This document shows, one piece after another, positions 1 through 7,129 of a stretch of 64,000 bases of DNA. The stretch lies in NCBI GenBank assembly GCA_964445905.1, contig CAYUNN010000003.1:69312-133311 (forward strand), in the 5' to 3' direction. Origin of the DNA: an uncultured Candidatus Saccharibacteria bacterium. GTDB taxonomy: Bacteria > Patescibacteriota > Minisyncoccia > Minisyncoccales > JAGGXC01. Each line of letters opens with the position of its first letter. The stretch's first letter is position 1. The position numbers and the translations under genes are program-made. A model generated the notes under the pieces. The model had not been told where the DNA came from, did not search any database, and saw nothing but the letters and a program-made list of their open reading frames with translations.

Positions 1-1004
1 GGCGTTTTTATTTTAAGGTTTTCTATTAAAGGTTTTATCTGTTCTTCTATGTCTGGTTCTTTGACCCAATCTTTTTTCTCACAACCATTGCAATGTCCAT
101 AAATAATTCCTCTTTGTCTTTCCCAAGTTATTAGTCCTTCGCATTTTGCGCACCTTAGTAGTCTTTTAAATAAATAAAAATGTTTTGTATAGCTAGGAGT
201 TGATTTACTTTTTAGTATTTGTTGAACAGAGTTAAATAAATCTTCATTTATTAAAGGCTCTTGTTTACCTTTGTATATTTGGTTATTCCACTTTATCTTT
301 CCAAAATAAAAAGGGTCAGCCAATAATTCAGCCATTCTGCTCCTGCATAATTTATTTCCTTTTCTTGTTCTCAGCCCTTCTTTATACATTTTCTGAACCA
401 GTTTCTTTAAAGAGTATTCTCCGGAAGCATATAGGTTAAACATCTTTTTAATCAAAGAAGCTTTTTCTTTGTCTATTATGTGAATTTTATGGCCTTTTTC
501 TCCTACTGTTTTATAGCCTAGTGGTGGTTGGGTTGGGAGCCAGCCTTGAGCAATTTTCTCTTTTTGGCCCTTTTTAACTTCTTCTGAAAGATTATCAATA
601 TAGTATTGGGCAACTGAAACCTTGATATTCCAGATAAACTTTTCATTAGATTTAGAATCTTTATTTAGAATACAGTTTTCTTTAACAAAATGAACTTCTC
701 TTTCGGAATTTTCATTTATCCAATCATTTATACAAACAGCATCTTTTAGATTTCTGGTTAGCCTATCTATTTTTTCACAAATAATGATTTTAATATTATT
801 TTTCTTAGAATAGGCAACCATTTCGTTAAAAGCATTCCTTTTATAATATCCTTTAGCACTTTCAGAAATTGAAAATTTCTTAGCAATTCTAAAATCTTTC
901 CTATCAGCATAATCTTTTAGAAGTTTTTCTTGAGAGTCTAAAGAATAGCCAGTTTCTTCTTGCTCTCTGCTACTAACTCTACAAAATGATATACAAGGTT
1001 TCAT
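1..1004 (-). CDS. Large serine recombinase (resolvase + recombinase + Zn-ribbon domains), 3' end truncated by window edge
   Basis: Not in ORF track. My translation from ATG 1004: MKPCISFCRVSSREQEETGYSLDSQ...CEKIDRLTRN...NLSEEVKKG...PPLGY...CAKC..HCNGC, with catalytic RVSS and DRLxR motifs. Confidence 0.95.
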   Translation of the reverse strand, partial: MKPCISFCRVSSREQEETGYSLDSQEKLLKDYADRKDFRIAKKFSISESAKGYYKRNAFNEMVAYSKKNNIKIIICEKIDRLTRNLKDAVCINDWINENSEREVHFVKENCILNKDSKSNEKFIWNIKVSVAQYYIDNLSEEVKKGQKEKIAQGWLPTQPPLGYKTVGEKGHKIHIIDKEKASLIKKMFNLYASGEYSLKKLVQKMYKEGLRTRKGNKLCRSRMAELLADPFYFGKIKWNNQIYKGKQEPLINEDLFNSVQQILKSKSTPSYTKHFYLFKRLLRCAKCEGLITWERQRGIIYGHCNGCEKKDWVKEPDIEEQIKPLIENLKIKT

Positions 1005-1013
1005 AGTATTTAA

Positions 1014-1126
1014 AGAGGCGCCCAGTAGCCCAATTGCTTTCCACGAAGGTCAGCTTTCGGTGGACGCCTCTCCAAAGAGCCGAAAGCAAATAAAAACTTC
1101 GTGGATTTAATAAAACTATGGGCTAC
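1014..1126 (-). ncRNA. Candidate structured (pseudoknotted) RNA leader of the recombinase
   Basis: Three nested perfect stems (1025-1032/1119-1126, 1040-1048/1097-1105, 1053-1060/1080-1087) plus loop 1061-1071 complementary to 1014-1024. Confidence 0.6.
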
Positions 1127-1569
1127 ATCTTTATTATATTATTATTTTTTATAAATGTCGACACTTCTTTTGGCAAAAAACTTAAAGTGTTTATTTCTTC
1201 TAATTCATTAAGTTTTTCTTTAAGATTTTCAATGTTTTGAATTAAAGACTTAACTTCTTCTGGGTTGAGTTTATATTGTTCAATTACTATGGTAGAAATA
1301 ATTATTTGAAGTAGTAAACTATCTTTTATTAAGGAATTTATAGTTAGCTGTAAAAATCTTATAGCTTCTTTTTGCTTTAGATATACTTCCTCGATATTAT
1401 TTTTGTTAATTTTAGAAAGTATTTTTAAAGTATTTATAACATCTAAAATTTCTAGCCCTTTTTTATCTGGATTATTAAGAGATTTTATAATAAGTTCTAA
1501 CTTCTCTTCAGAATTTAGATTATCATATAGCATCTTAATTTTATTTTCTTTTTGACAGAACATTTTCAA
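1123..1569 (-). CDS. Hypothetical helical protein
   Basis: 148-aa ORF co-oriented with neighbours; no recognisable motif; start may be a downstream Met. Confidence 0.6.
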   Translation of the reverse strand: MKMFCQKENKIKMLYDNLNSEEKLELIIKSLNNPDKKGLEILDVINTLKILSKINKNNIEEVYLKQKEAIRFLQLTINSLIKDSLLLQIIISTIVIEQYKLNPEEVKSLIQNIENLKEKLNELEEINTLSFLPKEVSTFIKNNNIIKM

Positions 1570-1903
1570 GGTTTTTGATTCTTTCCTCTAGTTCAGAATC
1601 TAAAGCTTTTAAGCTTATGTTTAATAAATATCCGACACAGTTAGCTTTTTTAACAGATATTTCATCTACTCTTACCTCTCTAACCAACTTATTTATTAAA
1701 TCTATTACATCTCTATTATTTTTAACCATAATCGTGTCTTTTATCAGAGGATATTCTTTATGAGCATTTTTTCCTCCTTGAGAAAGAGCTTTCTTTCTTT
1801 TTTCTTTTACGTCTGGATTTTGAGAGTGCATAAAGCAGTACCTGTCGCCTGTTAAGGTTTTTGCATTACATCTTTTGCCATTTTTAGCATACTCACATCT
1901 CAT
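1541..1903 (-). CDS. Small protein with N-terminal C-x8-C-x10-C-x2-H zinc-finger-like motif (phage/satellite type)
   Basis: CEYAKNGKRCNAKTLTGDRYCFMH, followed by a GGK motif and a C-terminal coiled coil. Confidence 0.7.
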   Translation of the reverse strand: MRCEYAKNGKRCNAKTLTGDRYCFMHSQNPDVKEKRKKALSQGGKNAHKEYPLIKDTIMVKNNRDVIDLINKLVREVRVDEISVKKANCVGYLLNISLKALDSELEERIKNLENVLSKRK

Positions 1904-1933
1904 ATTTTATAAGCCGACTTATAGGGGTGGTAA

Positions 1934-2488
1934 TTATTTCCATTCTATATCTGATTCTTTACCAGCAAATTCTCTAAAATCATTTTGTCCGTGAATTACC
2001 CACCATTTCTTATTTTCGTCTCTCCACATTGACTTGTTCCAAAAATAAGGTTTTTTTGAAGAATCCTCCTTTTTATTTTTAATCCTTAAATTTGTTTCCT
2101 TACTATGGACAAGACTATCAGTCGCAGTGTGGTTAGACTGTTGGTCTTTCTTGATTGGACTATCAGCCCATTCGCTTTTATCCAATAGCAAGTACCTATT
2201 ATTAAGTTTTTTACCGACCCTTATTTTTTTAATAATATTGAATTTTTCAAGTATTTTTATGGCTCTTCCTACTTGTCTGGAAGATATTTTTAACTCTTCT
2301 GCAATTTTTCTTTGAGATGGCCAACAGAATTGTTCCTTGTTTGAATGTCTGCATAAAGATAAATAAACTCCGGTAGAATAAATGCCGCATTTTTTTGCAT
2401 AACCATTCAAATATAGGTCGTCAACAAAGAATTTAGTTTTTCCCCTTAAGTCTCTTATCTCAAATTTTTCACTGTCTTTGTTTTTCAT
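1934..2488 (-). CDS. Helix-turn-helix protein, phage replication-initiator-like (HTH_36 type)
   Basis: VYLSLCRHSNKEQFCWPSQRKIAEELKISSRQVGRAIKILEKFNII pattern. Confidence 0.8.
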   Translation of the reverse strand: MKNKDSEKFEIRDLRGKTKFFVDDLYLNGYAKKCGIYSTGVYLSLCRHSNKEQFCWPSQRKIAEELKISSRQVGRAIKILEKFNIIKKIRVGKKLNNRYLLLDKSEWADSPIKKDQQSNHTATDSLVHSKETNLRIKNKKEDSSKKPYFWNKSMWRDENKKWWVIHGQNDFREFAGKESDIEWK

Positions 2489-2648
2489 ATTTACCTTTAT
2501 TTATTGCGATTCTTCTATCTATTTTTAATAACAAGTTAAAATAATCTGAGAGATTTTTCTCCAGTTGTTTTATTTCTTCATCAGTAGCTGCTTCCTTTAA
2601 CTCTTCTTCCATAGCCCTTTTCAGTTTTTTCTGGGTTTCAGTTAACAT
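2469..2648 (-). CDS. Small hypothetical protein (59 aa)
   Basis: My translation MLTETQKKLKRAMEEELKEAATDEEIKQLEKNLSDYFNLLLKIDRR...; fills the gap between two co-oriented genes; below the ORF-track cutoff. Confidence 0.55.
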   Translation of the reverse strand: MLTETQKKLKRAMEEELKEAATDEEIKQLEKNLSDYFNLLLKIDRRIAINKGKYEKQRQ

Positions 2649-2649
2649 A

Positions 2650-2907
2650 TTAAAAATTAGAATAAATAAAATTCTTTAGATTTTTCTGGGCATTAAATAA
2701 ACTTAATACTGGCAGTTTGATTTTATCTTTAAAGTAATCTTCTGATACTTTGTCTATGTTTTTTTCTTGTTTAAATTTAAAGCCAACCTTCTTAGGGTTT
2801 AATTTATCTAGTCCGGTTAATTCATATCCTAGCACTACTAACGTGCTAGCAAGTCCCAAATCAAATGTCATAAATTCATTTTTTTTCATAAGAGAATTTA
2901 TAATCAT
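2650..2907 (-). CDS. DUF5659-like small protein
   Basis: TFDLGLASTLVVLGYELTGLDKLNPKKVGFKF resembles a family common in CPR/phage elements. Confidence 0.6.
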   Translation of the reverse strand: MIINSLMKKNEFMTFDLGLASTLVVLGYELTGLDKLNPKKVGFKFKQEKNIDKVSEDYFKDKIKLPVLSLFNAQKNLKNFIYSNF

Positions 2908-2985
2908 TAAAATACAAATAAAAAACTACACTTTAAGTGTAGTCTTTTTATTGGTGAGTCAACTGAGAATTTTGTGAATTACTTT

Positions 2986-3579
2986 TTATTTAACTCGGGT
3001 TATTGTTTTTTTACTCCATATAAATATTTTTTTACCAAATCCATCCATTGTTCTTTTGTTAACTGCCTCCATCGCATCATAAACTACTCTAAGCTCTTTT
3101 TTTCCATTTTTCTTAGGTTCTTCCCCTGTCATCTTTTCATATATTATAGACCAATCTACAGGTTCTTCTATCTGGAATTCAAACATTGCCCTGCAAAGGA
3201 AGTGTTCATTTTTAAAAGCTGGTAGCTGACAAGCCTTATTTTTTAATTTAAGTTGTGCCTTATTGTCTAAAAATTCTATATTCTTATTGCTGATTATTAT
3301 GTCTTTTTCTAGTAATTCAGATATATCAATATTTTTTAAAAGATGTATCTTAAAAATAGGTATTGCTCCTTTGTGTATATGTATTATTTCAGAGGTTATT
3401 CCCTCGAATTTAATAAGTCCTAAGTCATCTAGTTCTTGAAGCATATCCGCAATCTCTTTATAGTTTACTTCTAAACTTTCTGGGAAGCTGTCTGCAGTAA
3501 TTTCTATAGGCGGTTCTTTCACTGCCTCCTTTTTTATAATATTATAAATACTTTTTAATTTTACTTTTTTGTTGCTCAT
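2986..3579 (-). CDS. Hypothetical winged-helix-like regulator
   Basis: 197-aa ORF divergent from the excisionase/R-M operon; the C-terminal half resembles a wHTH effector domain. Confidence 0.5.
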   Translation of the reverse strand: MSNKKVKLKSIYNIIKKEAVKEPPIEITADSFPESLEVNYKEIADMLQELDDLGLIKFEGITSEIIHIHKGAIPIFKIHLLKNIDISELLEKDIIISNKNIEFLDNKAQLKLKNKACQLPAFKNEHFLCRAMFEFQIEEPVDWSIIYEKMTGEEPKKNGKKELRVVYDAMEAVNKRTMDGFGKKIFIWSKKTITRVK

Positions 3580-3617
3580 TATAATTATAATTTTTAGTCT
3601 TTATTTTAAAATAACAA

Positions 3618-3658
3618 ACTTGCCACATTTTGACAAGTAAGTTTTAAAATTGTAGTAT
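3618..3658 (+). promoter_or_regulatory. Sigma70 promoter with overlapping palindromic operator
   Basis: TTGACA 3630-3635, 17-bp spacer, TAGTAT 3653-3658. Inverted repeat ACTTGCCA-N5-TGACAAGT at 3618-3638 covers the -35. Confidence 0.6.
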
Positions 3659-3666
3659 GACTTAAT

Positions 3667-3846
3667 ATGAATTGTAAGTTTTTAACTGTTAAAGAGGTTG
3701 CAAAAAAGCTACGAGTTTCAGAACGTAGTGTGTTTCGCTATATTCATAATAGTAAGTTAAAAGCTAGCAAAGTTGGTTATTGGAGAATTGAAGAGAAAGA
3801 CTTAAAAAAGTTTATTAAAGATAATTTAAATATAAGACAAAGTTAA
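3667..3846 (+). CDS. Excisionase-family HTH_17 DNA-binding protein (59 aa)
   Basis: Not in ORF track. MNCKFLTVKEVAKKLRVSERSVFRYIHNSKLKASKVGYWRIEEKDLKKFI; ends 1 nt before hsdM. Confidence 0.85.
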   Translation: MNCKFLTVKEVAKKLRVSERSVFRYIHNSKLKASKVGYWRIEEKDLKKFIKDNLNIRQS

Positions 3847-3847
3847 A

Positions 3848-5287
3848 ATGACCCCAAACGAATCATTATCAAAAGCTGATATAAAAAAAGCCTGTGATAT
3901 TCTTAGGCGAGACGATGGCGTAGGTGCCGGTAACTATGTTGAACAATTATCTTGGCTGCTTTTCTTGCGTGTTTTTGAAAATGTAGAACTTCAGCTTAAA
4001 GAAATAAAAGAGGCAGAGGGCGATAAACATCAAGATATTATTGATAAGGAATATCAATGGTCTTCTTGGGCCAGAAAAGATTGGAAAGATAAAGATGAGT
4101 TAGTTCATTTTGTTTCTAACAAGCTCTTTCCTTATTTAAGAAGTCTTAAGGGAACAAATGAAAAAGAGAAAATAGGAGAAATTTTTAGAGAATTAGACGG
4201 AAACAAAATTCGCTCCCCCTTCACATTGCTAGATGTAATTGAGATTCTGGATAAAGTTGATATGGTTCACTATCAAGACACGCACCTTTTGTCGCAGGTT
4301 TATGAGGAAATATTGCAGGAAATGGGCGCTGAAGGTGGTTGGGCCGGCGAGTTCTATACGCCTCGTCCGATTATCCGTTTAATGGTTAATATTATAGAGC
4401 CAAAATTAGGACAAAGTCTTCTCGACCCATTTGTCGGCTCAGCTGGTTTTTTAGTAGAAAGTTTTCATTATATTCAAGAAAATCTTAATAAAAAATCAAA
4501 AACTGGCCTAAGAGAATGGAAAATTCTACAAAATAAAACTTTTTATGGTCAAGAAAAAAAGCCACTTCCTTATTTGATTGGAACAATGAATATGATTCTT
4601 CATCAGATTTTAGTTCCTAATCTTATAAGAGCAAACACCTTAATGGAAGATGTTCATAATGTTTCGGAAAATAAAAAAGTAGATGTAATTTTGACAAATC
4701 CGCCGTTCGGAGGAAAAGAACATAAAAGCGTACAGAATAATTTCCCAATTCCGGTAGCTGCTACAGAAGGGCTTGCCTTGCAGTATGTAATGAGGCATTT
4801 AAAAAATGGTGGACGTTGCGGCATTGTATTACCAGAAGGACAGATTTTATTTGGTGGAGGAGCATTTCAGAAAATAAGAGAAGAGCTTTTAACAAAATTT
4901 AATGTTCATACAATTATATCATTGCCTCAAGGAGTTTTTGCTTCAATGGGGGCAGGGGTTAAAACAAATTTAGTTTTCTTTGAGAAAACAGGGCCCACAA
5001 AAGAAATTTGGTATGGCGAGATAAGCGGTAAATTTACCAAAAAGATTGTTGTTATAGATTCTAATTTAGAAGATGTTTATAAGAAATGGCAAAAGAGAGA
5101 GATTTCAGAAAATAGCTGGATAGTTCCTATTAAAGAGATTAAAGAACGTAATTTTGATATTTCTCCTAAGAATCCAAATAAATTAGCAGAAGAGGAGCTA
5201 CCAGAACCAAAAGAATTAGTAAAAAGAATAGAAGAATCCCAGAAAGAAGCAAAGCAGATTTTAGATAATATAAAAAAGATTTTGTAA
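3848..5287 (+). CDS. hsdM: Type I R-M N6-adenine methyltransferase subunit M
   Basis: GEFYTPR, LDPFVGSAGFL and TNPPFGG motifs. Confidence 0.95.
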   Translation: MTPNESLSKADIKKACDILRRDDGVGAGNYVEQLSWLLFLRVFENVELQLKEIKEAEGDKHQDIIDKEYQWSSWARKDWKDKDELVHFVSNKLFPYLRSLKGTNEKEKIGEIFRELDGNKIRSPFTLLDVIEILDKVDMVHYQDTHLLSQVYEEILQEMGAEGGWAGEFYTPRPIIRLMVNIIEPKLGQSLLDPFVGSAGFLVESFHYIQENLNKKSKTGLREWKILQNKTFYGQEKKPLPYLIGTMNMILHQILVPNLIRANTLMEDVHNVSENKKVDVILTNPPFGGKEHKSVQNNFPIPVAATEGLALQYVMRHLKNGGRCGIVLPEGQILFGGGAFQKIREELLTKFNVHTIISLPQGVFASMGAGVKTNLVFFEKTGPTKEIWYGEISGKFTKKIVVIDSNLEDVYKKWQKREISENSWIVPIKEIKERNFDISPKNPNKLAEEELPEPKELVKRIEESQKEAKQILDNIKKIL

Positions 5288-5289
5288 CC

Positions 5290-7128
5290 ATGAAAGAATG
5301 GAAAAATTATAAATTAAATGAACTCGTGGATTATAGAAATGGACTTTGGGTTGGTAAAAATCCTCCTTTCGTAACAGCAAAGGTTATAAGGGTAACGGAG
5401 TTTAACAACGATGGAACACATAACCTTGAAACCGCAAGAGAATTAAAAGTTGAGAGCAAGAAATTAAAAGAACGGGTTATTAAGCCGAATCAGATATTAT
5501 TAGAAAGGTCTGGTGGAGGAGAAAAAAAACCGGTAGGGAGAGTAATTCTCTTCAAGGATAATATTAAAGATAGTACTTATTCATTTAGTAATTTCACTAC
5601 TTTGTTGATTCCAAATGAATCAGTTGTTAATCCAAGATTTCTTTTCTATTATCTTCATTTCTTTTATATATCTGGACAAACTAATCATTATCAGAAAGCG
5701 ATGATTGGTATTAGGAATCTGGAATTTAAAAGGTATTTAGAACAAGATATTCCTATACCGCTCGAAAGCAGTCAGCCAGACCTTGAAGAGCAAAAAAGAA
5801 TAGCTGATAAAATTGATAAATTATTTGTAGAAATTGATAGAGGGATTATAGATACAAAGGTTTTTCTTTTAGATTCTCGCAAAATATTTCAAAGTAAGCT
5901 AAAAAAGATTTTTGATGCTGAGCTTTCTAAAAATTGGAGAATAAAAAAACTCGAAGAATTAGCTGCTAATACTGCCTATCCAATAGGAGATGGCGACCAT
6001 GGTCAAATTAAGCCAAGTTCTTATAGAAACGACGGTATTCCATATGTAAGAGCCGCAGATATAGGTTGGGGGGAGTTCACGCCAAATGGAATGGTTTACA
6101 TTTCTGAAGAAACTCATAAAAATAATTTAAAGAGCGAACTAAACCCTGGCGATATTTTAATTGTAAAAACAGGAGCTACTATTGGTAAATGTTGTATTGT
6201 GCCTAATGATATTAAAAAGGCCAACACAACTGCATCCGTTGGTAAAATAACTGTAAATAAAGATAAAGTTCTCCCCAGGTGGGTTTTGTTAAGATTCTTA
6301 TCCCCATCCTTTTTGAAGTTCATTTGGTCAATTAGTCATAAAGCAGCTCAGCCGAGTTTTAACAATAGAGATATAAAATTATTTGAAATTCCTCTACCAT
6401 TTAAGAATAACAGACCAGATTTGGACGAGCAAAAGAAAATCATTATAAGATTGGATAAAATTCAAGAACAAGCTAAGAAACTTGAAGAAAAATATCAGGA
6501 ACAGTTAAATAATTTCAGCAAGCTGAAGCAATCCATATTGCAGCAGGCTTTTGAGGGCAAGTTGGTGACAGCAAAAGAGCAAGCACCAGAGAAAATAAGC
6601 ATTTTTCCTATTCAGCAAGCTGTTGGAGCAATTCTTCAAAGATTTGAAAGAGGAGAGATGGTTGTAGCTAAAATCTTATATTTGGCCCAGACCATAAATA
6701 AAGTTTCTTTTTCTATACCATTCACGCCACAAAATTTTGGACCATATGATAAAGCAGTAAAACGTGCTGTAACCGCAGGATTGAGCAGAAATAATAATTT
6801 TTTTTCCAAGAAAAAATATAGTAAGGGTTTTGTTTATGGGTTGTCTCAAGGCTCTGAAAAATTGTTTAATTATAGTAATGCAAAAACGTTGAGAGAAATG
6901 AATAAATTTTTAGATGAAATGATGCCTTATTTTAAAAGAGTTAAAAGTGCTGACATTGAAAGGCTTGCAAGCGCTTGTGAAATAATAAAAAACAATAAAA
7001 CCATAAACAATGAAGAAGTTTATAAAGAACTTTCAAAGTGGAAGCCAGAAAAATTTACAGCCCAAGAAGTTGACAGAAGTTTAAATTTTATTAAATCTAA
7101 GGGATGGGATAAAATCTTAATGAAATAA
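5290..7128 (+). CDS. hsdS: Type I R-M specificity subunit S with extra ~185-aa C-terminal domain
   Basis: Two TRDs with P-xx-EQKRI / EQKKI conserved regions ending LKQSILQQAFEGKL, then an additional domain. Confidence 0.9.
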   Translation: MKEWKNYKLNELVDYRNGLWVGKNPPFVTAKVIRVTEFNNDGTHNLETARELKVESKKLKERVIKPNQILLERSGGGEKKPVGRVILFKDNIKDSTYSFSNFTTLLIPNESVVNPRFLFYYLHFFYISGQTNHYQKAMIGIRNLEFKRYLEQDIPIPLESSQPDLEEQKRIADKIDKLFVEIDRGIIDTKVFLLDSRKIFQSKLKKIFDAELSKNWRIKKLEELAANTAYPIGDGDHGQIKPSSYRNDGIPYVRAADIGWGEFTPNGMVYISEETHKNNLKSELNPGDILIVKTGATIGKCCIVPNDIKKANTTASVGKITVNKDKVLPRWVLLRFLSPSFLKFIWSISHKAAQPSFNNRDIKLFEIPLPFKNNRPDLDEQKKIIIRLDKIQEQAKKLEEKYQEQLNNFSKLKQSILQQAFEGKLVTAKEQAPEKISIFPIQQAVGAILQRFERGEMVVAKILYLAQTINKVSFSIPFTPQNFGPYDKAVKRAVTAGLSRNNNFFSKKKYSKGFVYGLSQGSEKLFNYSNAKTLREMNKFLDEMMPYFKRVKSADIERLASACEIIKNNKTINNEEVYKELSKWKPEKFTAQEVDRSLNFIKSKGWDKILMK

Positions 7129-7129
7129 T

